From an uncultured Candidatus Binatia bacterium (GTDB lineage Bacteria; Desulfobacterota; Binatia; Bin18), in the NCBI GenBank assembly GCA_965200965.1, contig OZ241744.1:2368001-2432000 (forward strand): a DNA stretch of 64,000 bases, written 5' to 3'. This document shows, piece after piece, positions 38,299 through 48,088 of the stretch (its first letter is position 1; each line of letters opens with the position of its first letter). A program made the translations under genes and the position numbers. A model generated the notes under the pieces. That model was not told the origin of the DNA. It made no database searches and worked only from the letters and a program-made list of their open reading frames with translations.

Positions 38299-38515
38299 CT
38301 TTCCTGCCTCGCGTCAGGTCTGCCATTTGGATTTGATTATAGCAGGAGTATGCCCTTGAGCGTTTTTCGCTTGATGATATCCTCTCACGCAGGGCCTACA
38401 CCTGAGCAGGGAAGACATGGAGCAGCCTATCTAAAGTTAAACTGCAAGCGCTGACACACGAAGCCTATGTGCCGCATGGCACGCTGCTCGCTATGAGCAA
38501 ACGCGACGGCAGGCT
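38299..38515 (+). ncRNA. Candidate structured RNA downstream of RT
   Basis: Nested stems 38299-307/38406-414, 38314-319/38400-405, 38352-356/38391-395 and 38357-360/38384-387, plus two small hairpins near 38469-38499. Confidence 0.4.
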
Positions 38516-38549
38516 GAGTGAACTGGAGCGGTGATGACAGCGGCCCGGC

Positions 38550-40265
38550 TCAGGCGGTGAAGAAGGCCAGGACGGTCCAGCAGACCGCGGCCAGACCGGC
38601 GGCTACCGAAGCCTGCGGAATCTGGGTTTTGACGTGATCCATCAGGTCGCAGCCGGTACACATGGCGCTCAGCACCGTCGTGTCTGATATGGGCGAGCAC
38701 TGGTCGCCGTATACGCTGCCATCCATCACCGCGGCAAAACACAGGGTCAGAAACAGCTCGGGGTGGGCCAGCTCATGCGCCCCGGCAATTGACCAGGCGA
38801 GCGGCATGGCCAGCGGAAAGGCGACCGCGTAGGTGCCCCAGCTTGTGCCGGTGGAAAAGGCGATAATCATGGTCAGGAGCTGGAGCAGGACCGGCAGCAG
38901 GAAATAGGGGATGCTCTGGCCGAGCAGCTCAACCAGAAAGACCGCGCCGCCGGTCTGGGTGTTGACCCCGCCGATGGTGATGGCCAGCAGCAGGATGACC
39001 GAGCCGAGCACCACGCCCCTGATGCCGTCGTGAAAGCCGGCCATGAGTTCCTTGAGCGCCATGCCCTTGGCCAGGGCCATGCCCGTCGCCAGGAGCAGGG
39101 CCGCGCCAAAGGCCCAATGCACATTGGGCGCGCCGGTGACGGCAAAGGTGCCAACGGCGATGCCGATCAGCGCGCCGAGGGGCAGGAAGAACTCCAGGAC
39201 GTGCGGCGTGTAGCCGGCCGGCACATGGCTGGTCTGCAATTCCTTGGCGCTCAGCGGCTCGGCCCGGTCAGCGTCGAGCTGGCCGGTGGTCCGGGCACGT
39301 TGCATGGCCGCGGCCAGGCCCGTGCCGAGGAACAGGGGCTTTTCGATGCTGAGCAGAAAGGTGCTGAGGACGGCGAAAATGGCGTAGAAACAGAAGGGGA
39401 CGCTCTGGAAGAAGAAGCTGATGCGGTCCGCCTCGGTCGCCAGAAAGCTGACCCCGGAGACAAAGATGAAGGCCTGCACATAGCCCGGCCAGGCGTTGAA
39501 GGCGAGCTGCGAGGCGATGGGTGAGGCGGTCGAATCGACGATGTAGGCCAGTTCTTCGTGGCTGACCTTTTCTGTGTCGGCAATCGGCTTGACGGTGGTA
39601 CCGACCAGGACGGTGCTCATTGTGCCGCCCTGAAAGAAGATCACCCCCAGCATCCAGGCCACCAGCTTGGCGGTCTTGGGACCGCGCACAAAGCGCCTGG
39701 TCATATACTCGGCAAACGCCTGGGCTGCGCCGGTGCGCGACCAGATGCCCATCAGCCCGCCGAGCAGCCACAGGTAGAGCAGCAGGATGCCGGCTACATT
39801 GGTCGTGGCCAGGGCAGGAATCAGGACTTGGCCGGTCAGGTCGTACTGGCCCAGAATCAGCGCCCCGGAGATGATCCCGCCCAGCAGCGCGGTCACGGGT
39901 TCTCTGGTGAGCCAGCACAGGAGGACGGCAACCACCGCCGGCAGCAGGGACCAGGAGCCCCAATGATACTGGGCGGTCAACTGGGAATAGACCGTGGCCT
40001 GGCCATCGCGCCTCACCGACACAAACTCCTGCGTGACCGCCGGCGCGACGCGCGCGCCCTCCAGCCGGGCCGGGTTAAGCTGCGCCTGGTCAAGAGGCGT
40101 GGCCTCAAAATAGACCGGCTCGCCCCGGGCGATGTAATACAGATGTCCGTCGCTGTCGGTGTGGACATCCAACACGGTCTCGGTCACGCTCCAGGTCGGC
40201 GGCACGGTCAGCCCCACGATCCAGGACACCAGCAGGGCGACGGAAAAAAGCGTGAAGTTGAGCAT
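38550..40265 (-). CDS. Na+/H+ antiporter NhaC family transporter
   Basis: [20 protein letters not shown] and [14 protein letters not shown] motifs. Confidence 0.9.
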   Translation of the reverse strand: MLNFTLFSVALLVSWIVGLTVPPTWSVTETVLDVHTDSDGHLYYIARGEPVYFEATPLDQAQLNPARLEGARVAPAVTQEFVSVRRDGQATVYSQLTAQYHWGSWSLLPAVVAVLLCWLTREPVTALLGGIISGALILGQYDLTGQVLIPALATTNVAGILLLYLWLLGGLMGIWSRTGAAQAFAEYMTRRFVRGPKTAKLVAWMLGVIFFQGGTMSTVLVGTTVKPIADTEKVSHEELAYIVDSTASPIASQLAFNAWPGYVQAFIFVSGVSFLATEADRISFFFQSVPFCFYAIFAVLSTFLLSIEKPLFLGTGLAAAMQRARTTGQLDADRAEPLSAKELQTSHVPAGYTPHVLEFFLPLGALIGIAVGTFAVTGAPNVHWAFGAALLLATGMALAKGMALKELMAGFHDGIRGVVLGSVILLLAITIGGVNTQTGGAVFLVELLGQSIPYFLLPVLLQLLTMIIAFSTGTSWGTYAVAFPLAMPLAWSIAGAHELAHPELFLTLCFAAVMDGSVYGDQCSPISDTTVLSAMCTGCDLMDHVKTQIPQASVAAGLAAVCWTVLAFFTA

Positions 40266-40289
40266 AGGTGACTCGATCCCTGGCCTGAA

Positions 40290-40452
40290 AGACCATCTCC
40301 AACTGGGTGATCAGATTGTCGCGGTCGCGCAGAAAGCCGATGCCGTTGAACTGCCCGTTGATGGAGTTGTACTGGAGGGCCAGCCGAAAGGGGTCGCGGG
40401 TCAGGATGACCCCCGGCTGTACCAGCCACGCGCCCTGCCAGTCGTAGAAGAA
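40290..40452 (-). pseudogene. Remnant of the C-terminus of an outer-membrane (DUF1302-like) protein
   Basis: Start-less frame [55 protein letters not shown]. Confidence 0.45.
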
Positions 40453-40815
40453 CTACGCCTCCACCATCGGCACATCGTCAACCACAAACGTGACACAACC
40501 GGACAGGTCGAGAAAGCGCTGTTCGTCAGGTCGGATGACTTCCAGATAGCGAGGCTCGGTAAAGGCGGCCTGCATCTGCTCAACACTCTCGAACCACAGT
40601 TCGGCAATTCCGTCGTAGGGTGGAGTGGTCTGGGGCGGGAATAATGCGGCCAAATCCTGCACGGTATGGAACTGGACATAGCGGCGCAGATGGCGGCTGA
40701 ACCCGGTCACGCTTTTGACCAGGGGGCCGTGGGTGTCTTTCCAGTAGCGATGAAAGGCTTCCTCCGACATGCCGGGCTTGCGGCGTAAACAGGCCATGAG
40801 TTTCACCATCTTCAT
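40453..40815 (-). CDS. EthD domain protein
   Basis: RRKPGMSEEAFHRYWKDTHGPLV, YDGIAELWF and PDEQRF motifs. Confidence 0.9.
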   Translation of the reverse strand: MKMVKLMACLRRKPGMSEEAFHRYWKDTHGPLVKSVTGFSRHLRRYVQFHTVQDLAALFPPQTTPPYDGIAELWFESVEQMQAAFTEPRYLEVIRPDEQRFLDLSGCVTFVVDDVPMVEA

Positions 40816-41206
40816 ATCTCCTTCTGATCTGAGTTCCGGCCCGTCGGCACAATCCCGGACGCGCCACACCCCCGGCTCAATCCGGAACGTCGCCCCGGAA
40901 CGTCGCCCACCTCTTCAGGTTTGAGGTTTTTTCGCAGAGGGGGGCAGCTCCCCGCACAGGCTGGAATGTGTCATCAGGAGTGTGTATTGTCAACGCGCGT
41001 CTCTGCGGGGCGGGCGGCAGCCTCGGATGCGCTTGCTGGGGGCTGGGGACCAAGGCTGCCTTTCAACACCCACAGACGGCACGCGGGACATCTCCCACGG
41101 CCAGTATATGCTGACCTATGCTCACCCGGCGGAAGAATGGCGCGTCATCAGCAGGCACTTTGCGCCCCTGCCCGGCCTGCAATAGCGTCCCGGTGGGGGG
41201 GTGTTC

Positions 41207-41770
41207 ATGGCAAGTCTGTCCTATCTGTCTCCCAAGACTGCGGTCCGGGACAGCCCCATTCACGGCCGGGGGCTGTTTGCCGCCGAGCCGATCAGGAAAG
41301 GCGAAATTGTGGCCGTCAAGGGCGGCTCCATCTTTCGCCGGCAAACCCGCGACGCGCTGGAAAAAACCATAGGGGCGGCTGAGATTCCGATTGCTGAGGA
41401 TATGTATATCGGCCCGCTGTCGGCAGAAGAGCGCGAAGGCAGCATGATTTTCAGCAATCATTCATGTGAGCCGAACATTGGCGTCCAGGGCCAGATTATC
41501 TTTGTTGCCATGCGCGATGTTGCCGCGGGTGAGGAGCTGACCCACGACTGGGCTATGACCGACGACGAACCGGACACGCTGGAGTGCTGCTGTGGGGCGG
41601 CCAGCTGTCGCAGAATTGTCACCGGTCGGGACTGGCGGCGCAAAGACCTGCAAGACAAATACGCGGGCTATATGTCGTGGTATCTGCTTGAAAAGATCAA
41701 ACGCCAGGCCCGGAATGATGCAAGCCCTAAACCAAACGAAAGGAGAACGACAAATGAAGAAAGCAGGTGA
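41207..41770 (+). CDS. SET domain protein
   Basis: IHGRGLFA, NHSCEPN, GEELTHDW and post-SET CCCGAASCR motifs. Confidence 0.92.
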   Translation: MASLSYLSPKTAVRDSPIHGRGLFAAEPIRKGEIVAVKGGSIFRRQTRDALEKTIGAAEIPIAEDMYIGPLSAEEREGSMIFSNHSCEPNIGVQGQIIFVAMRDVAAGEELTHDWAMTDDEPDTLECCCGAASCRRIVTGRDWRRKDLQDKYAGYMSWYLLEKIKRQARNDASPKPNERRTTNEESR

Positions 41771-42257
41771 AATGAAAGAGTATAGAAGGGGTGAACTTAT
41801 CCCAAAGGACAGTTTTGGGAAAGAAAGTGATTTATTGGAGGACCTCCGCGCTGCTTTTGGCGAGGATTATGTTCTTTCAGTCAGTGCAAAGAGAGATGTG
41901 GGGGTGTTTGACACCTTTATCATTACAGAAGGAGGACTTGTTCCAGTTGAATTAAAATTGGAGCACGAGGCCCTTACTCGGTTTTGCCTTCAAGACAATC
42001 AACGTCGTTTTGCTTGGCTTTGTCAAGAAAAAGGTGTTCCATACTTGGTGTTGAAGGGTAAGGCCAAAACACAAGAATGGATAATGTTCAACGTGGACCG
42101 ACGCCGTTGGGGTGAGGATGTCAAATTGGAAGAAGGCAAAACAAGAAAGAAGCTTCGTGAACGCCTGCATGACCTGTACACCATTGCCTATGAAGGAGTA
42201 TGGCAACGGAAGAAGGAAGAGTGGCAAGAAGAAATGAGGAAGACAAACGGACAATAA
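41754..42257 (+). CDS. VRR-NUC-like PD-(D/E)xK nuclease (phage-type)
   Basis: GVFD...VELK...LQDNQRRF...GVPYLV; low GC; RBS AAAGGAGA. Confidence 0.6.
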   Translation: MKKAGEMKEYRRGELIPKDSFGKESDLLEDLRAAFGEDYVLSVSAKRDVGVFDTFIITEGGLVPVELKLEHEALTRFCLQDNQRRFAWLCQEKGVPYLVLKGKAKTQEWIMFNVDRRRWGEDVKLEEGKTRKKLRERLHDLYTIAYEGVWQRKKEEWQEEMRKTNGQ

Positions 42258-43005
42258 AACTGAACAACCGACGAGGGAGGCAGGACTGCCCAAGATGGGA
42301 AAGGGTTAGGAGTATGAAGGGTTCAGCACAATCCTTCACCCTGGCGTTGCTGATACTTGGCATTTAGAGGGGCATAGCGGATTGATGTTTGACATATTTT
42401 CGCTATCATGTGGTGTAATAGTCCTGTAAGGTCTTCATACACAACACTGATGAACGCGCCATGCCGGTCAAGCAGAAGATGGAAGCCTACCCGGGAAACC
42501 CTCCCCCAATACTTGGCATTGCTGTTTGGCATTCACCCCATCTATGGCCTGGGGGGGTAAGGCTTGGGGACCCCCGCTAGACCGTGGACATGCTTAGGGC
42601 GGAAGCCGACCGGCTCCGGGCCAAACTCCGGGATTTTGCCGACGAGCTCATCAGCAAGGCCCACGCCCTGAAAGAGAGCCTGGAAGATGCAGCAACGGAA
42701 GAGTAAGCGGCTCAACGCGGCTCTCCGGCTTATCGTCCTGGCGCTGATGTTGCCGGGGGGTGTCTCGGTTCGGCAAAGCCGTATCGAGCCGGGTATGAAA
42801 AAGGCGGTCCTGACTGCCGAGCTTGGCCCGACTTTGTCAGAGGTGCAAAACCCGGATAGAACGACGACAGCAACCTTTGGCTTTCCCCGGACAGCCCAAA
42901 CAGTCAAGGTCATCTTTGACGCAAACGGGAATGTCCTATCGTTTCCCCTCACCCCTAGCCCCTAACCCCGGCTCCGGCTGGATTCAAGACAAGAGAGGAA
43001 AATCT

Positions 43006-44445
43006 ATGACTTGGCTAATGCTGGCTTTGATGCTGGCTTTGAGTAGTCCGTCCGCCTTTGGGCAGCTTCCGACGGGCTATTATTCTTCCTTCTATGCCAC
43101 AAGCAGCCCGTCACAACGCGTTAGGGAATATCTAGCTAGCGGAACGACTACCCCTTTCTCTGTCATTCACTACCGGCGCGGACCTGGAGACCTGGAAATC
43201 TTACGGCAAGACGTGCTGGAAGAACCGTTCTACGGCACAACTGAATATATGGAGTACATCAACAGCTTTGCCCCCTGCTCACGAACTTCTTGCCCAGACC
43301 CCCGCCCAGAAACCCATTGCCCTATTATGCGAGGAGGCGACCCGACAAACCCCTTCATGCCCTCCGGTGTGTATTATTGGGGCGGGCCAAAATGCACAGA
43401 ACGCCTTGACCCTGACGGGCGAAACTTGACGTTCATTGTATGTTCAGAGTTTCCAGAGCACGCCGGCATTCACCTGCATTGCAAAAAAGACATGAACCTG
43501 CCCATACAATGCAGCAAGCCATTCGATCGGTTGTGTGATCCATACCCGGAGCCCGAGCCGGTTATTCCGCCCGCCTTTGGGCGGCTTCCGACGGGCTATC
43601 ATGCTTCCTTCTATGCTACCAGCAGCCCATTCAAGTCTGTTCGGGATTACCTGAGCGGAGTAACATCAACTAAGCCGTCTTCCCGCACAATTGAAGCCGA
43701 GGCTAATGAACTCATTTACAGCCTTCACCCGGTTAGTCAGCACTATTCCGGCTGTGGCTACAAAGTAGTAGGAAAGCGACAAACCTTTCCTCATGGGGTG
43801 TATTATCTTTCTTGCCTTGGCGGATACATTGCCGGGATTTATTGCAGTGAATGGCCGGAGCACCAAGGCATTCACCTGCATTGCACTAACGATTTACACC
43901 TTACCCCGCGGCGCATTATCCCGGAATGCTCGGCTCGAACCTGCCCACCATGCGCGACAAGCAGATGCCCACCTGCCCAACCCTGCCCCGACACAAACCC
44001 AAACCGATACACGGCTGAACCCGTGGGCAACCTGGAGGTCCCTAGCGACGGCTCATTCCAGAGCGGGATAGGCTATGTGTCGGGATGGGTATGTGAAGGC
44101 CGTTCTGTCTCAATCGTTATTGACGGCGGTCTGCACCTTCCGCCGGTAGCCCGGAATATCGCCCGCGGTGATACCGAAGCCGTATGCGGAGACCAAGACA
44201 ACGGGTTCATCTTGCAATGGAACTATAACTTGATGGGGGATGGAACCTATACGGCCGCCCTTGTCGTAGACGGACAGACCCTTCAAGAAAACCGCTTCAC
44301 CGTTACCACGCTCGGCGAGGAGTTCATTAGAGGGCTAGAGCGGGATGTTGATGTAACGGATTTTCCAGCCCCCGGAGAGATTACCCGGTTCAGGTGGCAG
44401 GAAGCCGTGCAAGGTCTTGTCTTGGTTCCAGGCTCGACGGACTAA
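43006..44445 (+). CDS. Secreted Cys-rich protein A with conserved C-terminal domain
   Basis: Signal peptide, a duplicated FG.LPTGY..SFYATSSP...GVYY...CSE.PEH.GIHLHC module, and C-terminal GNLEVP..GSFQSGIG..SGWVC domain. Confidence 0.75.
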   Translation: MTWLMLALMLALSSPSAFGQLPTGYYSSFYATSSPSQRVREYLASGTTTPFSVIHYRRGPGDLEILRQDVLEEPFYGTTEYMEYINSFAPCSRTSCPDPRPETHCPIMRGGDPTNPFMPSGVYYWGGPKCTERLDPDGRNLTFIVCSEFPEHAGIHLHCKKDMNLPIQCSKPFDRLCDPYPEPEPVIPPAFGRLPTGYHASFYATSSPFKSVRDYLSGVTSTKPSSRTIEAEANELIYSLHPVSQHYSGCGYKVVGKRQTFPHGVYYLSCLGGYIAGIYCSEWPEHQGIHLHCTNDLHLTPRRIIPECSARTCPPCATSRCPPAQPCPDTNPNRYTAEPVGNLEVPSDGSFQSGIGYVSGWVCEGRSVSIVIDGGLHLPPVARNIARGDTEAVCGDQDNGFILQWNYNLMGDGTYTAALVVDGQTLQENRFTVTTLGEEFIRGLERDVDVTDFPAPGEITRFRWQEAVQGLVLVPGSTD

Positions 44446-44502
44446 GCCCAGCAACGGACAGCCCCGGCTCTGCCCAGCACGGCCGGGTTCAGCAAGGAAG
44501 GA

Positions 44503-45561
44503 ATGGGAATGAGGCAGATTTTTATCTTGATGGTGGTGTTGGCCTTGGCTAGTCCGGTCTTCGGACAGATGGCCAACACACCCCCGCCCTATGACATAAC
44601 CACGGCCGCGGCGGCAACGGGGCGGCCAGTATTGATATCACCTTCGGAGACTGCCCCAAGTGTGGGGAAACCCTACCGACAGAACCAGACTACATGGCGA
44701 CGAGCTTGGCAGGGCATACCCCCGCCCTATGACATAACCGCGGCCGCGGGCTATCGGGAATGGGCTATCCGTTCGACAGTGGCTTTATGCAAAGACCCCT
44801 CGGCACCCAGTGGCCTAATTAGTCCCCCCTGGCTCTCTCCAGTAGATGACCTGTCCGACGCAAGGTTTATTTGGGAATTTGTCCACCAAAACGCAGGCTA
44901 TACCTTGCTGACTAGTTGCGGCGGCACCCTCTTTGTATGCAACACACAGCCCCCATACGGGGATGTCGCGGCGCTGGCGACTGCAATCGAAAGGCCGGGC
45001 TTTTCATGCGCTGACTATGGCTTGCCACCTACCGGCGCGACGGTGAACCGCGCGGCCCTCCCCGCTGGCTATAACCAGTATGGCGAGCCGGGGGCAGAGC
45101 CTGAACCCGAAACCCCACAAGAACCCGTGGGCAATCTCGAGGTGCCTGCTAACGGCTCATTCCAGAGCGGCATAGGGTATATCTCCGGCTGGGTATGCAA
45201 CGGGCGTGTGGAAATAGTCCTGAGCGACTATTCCTATAACGATGTTCAACGCCTTAATTCGGTGCCCCGTTGGGTGTACCGCGGCGATACCGAAGCCGCA
45301 TGCGGCGATATCGACAACGGGTTCATTACGCAATGGAACTGGAACCTGCTTGGGGAAGGGCAACACACCGCGCGGCTTGTCGTAGACGGACAGACCATTC
45401 AGAGCAACACGTTCACCGTTACCACGCTCGGCGAGGAGTTTGTCCGCGGTGTTGAGCGGGATGTAGTGGTGAATGATTTTCCTAGCCCCGGAGAGACTAC
45501 CCGGCTCCGGTGGCAAGAACCCGTGCAAGGCTTTGTCTTGGTTCCAGGCTCGACGGACTAA
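44503..45561 (+). CDS. Secreted protein B, same C-terminal domain
   Basis: Signal peptide, different N-terminus and shared ~135-aa C-terminal domain. Confidence 0.75.
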   Translation: MGMRQIFILMVVLALASPVFGQMANTPPPYDITTAAAATGRPVLISPSETAPSVGKPYRQNQTTWRRAWQGIPPPYDITAAAGYREWAIRSTVALCKDPSAPSGLISPPWLSPVDDLSDARFIWEFVHQNAGYTLLTSCGGTLFVCNTQPPYGDVAALATAIERPGFSCADYGLPPTGATVNRAALPAGYNQYGEPGAEPEPETPQEPVGNLEVPANGSFQSGIGYISGWVCNGRVEIVLSDYSYNDVQRLNSVPRWVYRGDTEAACGDIDNGFITQWNWNLLGEGQHTARLVVDGQTIQSNTFTVTTLGEEFVRGVERDVVVNDFPSPGETTRLRWQEPVQGFVLVPGSTD

Positions 45562-45688
45562 CGGATAGCCCAGCAAAAGCCGCCCACGTTGCCCTAGGAC
45601 GGGCGAAAAGCCTTCACCCCTAGCCTTACCCCTACCCTATTGTTTCTTACCCGGGGTAGGGCTAGGGCAAACAAGCAAGGAGGCTCGC

Positions 45689-45889
45689 ATGCCTATCAAG
45701 AAAAAGAAGACCCTCAACTTTGACGTGTCGGCCGACATAATCAACACCATCAAGCACATGGCAGTTGACCGGGAAACCAACGCCGCAACGTTGTATCGGC
45801 AGGCATTGCAAGAGTTCATAGAACGGCATAACCCCGGCGCTTTGAGCAAGCCACGGGGAAAGAAGGCGGCCGAAAGGGCGGCCGAGTAG
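45689..45889 (+). CDS. Ribbon-helix-helix (CopG-like) DNA-binding protein
   Basis: Strand-helix-helix pattern KTLNFDV-SADIINTIKHMA-AATLYRQALQEFIE; RBS AAGGAGG. Confidence 0.7.
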   Translation: MPIKKKKTLNFDVSADIINTIKHMAVDRETNAATLYRQALQEFIERHNPGALSKPRGKKAAERAAE

Positions 45890-45920
45890 GCAGGAACTCG
45901 CCCGGCCGTAAGGAAGACTG

Positions 45921-46343
45921 ATGAAGAAGGCCCTGATACTAGCCCTCGTCGGCTTAGCGACCAGATGCTCGGTTCAGAAGCCCCCGCTCACATATGAGAG
46001 CGTAACCCGCCCAGAGCTCGCGGAGCTTCGGAATCAGTCTCACGCGCCCTTATCCCCGGAATACACCAAGGCGGCCCGTGCCTATGAGCGAGAGCGGAGG
46101 GACGGGGAAGAAGCAGAACGGGCGGCAGGTTGGCCAAGGCTTACCCATGAAACGCTTGAACAAGCCTTCCAGGATGCAGAACAGAAGGCACAAGCACAGA
46201 AGCCTGAAATGGAACGGCAGAAGAAATGCGCGGATGCTTGGCAACGGGCTTACAGCCCTAACGCCCTAAGAATGCACACCGAAGCCGCTATGCGAAGCCG
46301 CATTCACTCCGGGCGATATTGGGTTCAGCATTGTCTCGACTAA
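45921..46343 (+). CDS. Hypothetical exported protein
   Basis: MKKALILALVGLATRC signal-like N-terminus; RBS AAGGAAG. Confidence 0.55.
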   Translation: MKKALILALVGLATRCSVQKPPLTYESVTRPELAELRNQSHAPLSPEYTKAARAYERERRDGEEAERAAGWPRLTHETLEQAFQDAEQKAQAQKPEMERQKKCADAWQRAYSPNALRMHTEAAMRSRIHSGRYWVQHCLD

Positions 46344-46393
46344 CCCCACTACCCCGGCTCCGGTCTGAGCCGGGTTCAGCAAGAGGAAACGGA

Positions 46394-46795
46394 ATGCACA
46401 AAACCATCTACCCCTTAGCCGCGGCCGTAGCGTTCAGCTTGGCAGGATGCGCTACCATCTTCACAGGAACGACAGAGACGATATCAATCAACACGGAACC
46501 GCCTGGGGCAAAGGTTGAGTTTTCGCATGGTGGAACCTGTATCACCCCATGCAACGAATCAGTCAAGAAGAAGGGCGACATTCAACTGACTATCAGAAAG
46601 GAAGGATGCCGCACTCATACAACGACGATGATTTCAACGCTTGGTACTATGGGCGGTGTTTCCCCGATGCTTACCCTTACGGGCGGGCTGATTGATTACA
46701 GCACGGGCGCTGTTTACGAGCACAAGCCTAACCCGCTCTTTGTTCACCTTGACTGCGAGCCGCCCGCGGCTTCGGCTTCCGGCTCGGAGGAGTAA
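46394..46795 (+). CDS. PEGA-like lipoprotein
   Basis: Lipobox LAGC, ATIFTGTTETISINTEPPGAKV, TPC and IDYSTGA motifs. Confidence 0.75.
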   Translation: MHKTIYPLAAAVAFSLAGCATIFTGTTETISINTEPPGAKVEFSHGGTCITPCNESVKKKGDIQLTIRKEGCRTHTTTMISTLGTMGGVSPMLTLTGGLIDYSTGAVYEHKPNPLFVHLDCEPPAASASGSEE

Positions 46796-46798
46796 AGA

Positions 46799-47671
46799 AT
46801 GGCCCGGTTCTTTTCACTGGCTATCACCCTTTTTCTTTTCACCACCGCAACGGCCCAGGAATATGACCCATCAACACCGGAAGGCTACCGCGAGCATATA
46901 CGCCGTGCCTTTGCTCATTTTTGCACCGCCGGATGGGACTTTTTCGACGGCACGGAGATCCCTCTCTCTCCCATTCTTACCGTGTTTGAACCGGAATACA
47001 AATGGGAACTTGTATGGGAAAGCACCCCAAGTCAGGGCTTGGTGTTGGTGTCTGACTGTTTCAGGTCCTCCGATATCTGTTTTTCAGAGGAGGAAGCCTT
47101 TGGTTTTGGTGGTGGTAATCCGGGTAATACAGGAACGGCGAGAGACACGCACACCTGCCGCGAGCTCGACCTTCCGCCCCAAAGCGCAAACCTTACTCCC
47201 CCCGCTGGTTATAGCTACTGGGGGGAACTGCCGGGAACTTTCACCACCCCAGAACCAACCGGAAACCTTGAAGTGCCTGGCAATGGTTCCTTCCAGAGCG
47301 GGATAGGCTTCATGTCCGGCTGGGTATGCGACGGGCGGAATGTGGAAATAGTCCTGAATGGCGGTGCTCAACGCCTTTCGGTATCCCGTGGGGTGAACCG
47401 AGGTGATACCGCGGCCGCATGCGGCGATACCGACAACGGCTTTATCACCCTCTGGAACTGGAACTTGCTTGGGGAAGGGCAACACACCGCGGCGCTTGTG
47501 GTAGACGGACAAACCATTCAGAGCAACACCTTCACCATTACCACCTTGGGCGAGGAGTTCATCAGAGGGCTAGAGCGGGATGTTGTGGTGAATGACTTTC
47601 CAGCCCCCGGAGAGACTACCCGGTTCAGGTGGCAGGAATCCGTGCAGGGGCTTGTCCTGGTTCCAGACTAA
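46799..47671 (+). CDS. Secreted protein C, same C-terminal domain as A/B
   Basis: Signal peptide and GNLEVPGNGSFQSGIGFMSGWVC...TTLGEEFIRG...RWQESVQGLV. Confidence 0.75.
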   Translation: MARFFSLAITLFLFTTATAQEYDPSTPEGYREHIRRAFAHFCTAGWDFFDGTEIPLSPILTVFEPEYKWELVWESTPSQGLVLVSDCFRSSDICFSEEEAFGFGGGNPGNTGTARDTHTCRELDLPPQSANLTPPAGYSYWGELPGTFTTPEPTGNLEVPGNGSFQSGIGFMSGWVCDGRNVEIVLNGGAQRLSVSRGVNRGDTAAACGDTDNGFITLWNWNLLGEGQHTAALVVDGQTIQSNTFTITTLGEEFIRGLERDVVVNDFPAPGETTRFRWQESVQGLVLVPD

Positions 47672-47857
47672 AATAGCGGCCTTCTTGCCCTACTGGCGTA
47701 AGCCGCCATCAGCCGGGCTTGGGCTGATGGCGTGGCCAAGGCGGGCTTAGGCAGTGAAAAATGACGCATAAAGCCAATCTTTGCGCCGAAAGGGGTGTCT
47801 ACGGCGTAAACGCTTCCCTTCTCCTCTTGCTGATCCAGCTCTAACGCTAGGGCGGGG

Positions 47858-48088
47858 CTAGGGGTTAGTCCTCACCGCGCCTGCTTCATCTTCATCATAA
47901 ATGCCGAAGTCAGACTCAAACTGCGCCATGATGTTGTCTGCCTCTGCATGATTGCCATTGTACATGGCTTCGTCATAGCTGGAATTGGCACTCTGCGCAC
48001 GCTCATAGCTTCTACACAAAGAGCAGGACTCACTTGTCAGCCCGCATTCTCTGTAGTAGTGCTCGGCCAAAAACATGATATTATTCAT
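47858..48088 (-). CDS. Small acidic hypothetical protein
   Basis: RBS GAAAGG; upstream TTGACA-N17-TATGGG at 48190-48162. Confidence 0.5.
   Translation of the reverse strand: MNNIMFLAEHYYRECGLTSESCSLCRSYERAQSANSSYDEAMYNGNHAEADNIMAQFESDFGIYDEDEAGAVRTNP

Noticed and set aside
40964-40980. Tenth copy of the palindromic element (gaatgtgtcatcaggag)
   Set aside because: Only a short match, and the second arm is missing.
40982-41185. Small ORF ending WRVISRHFAPLP
   Set aside because: Possibly the tail of an NTF2/SnoaL-like gene, but it has no credible start and is too short to support.
42258-42965. Short ORFs between the VRR-NUC-like gene and secreted protein A
   Set aside because: Conflicting frames with stops; looks like decayed sequence and no product is assignable.
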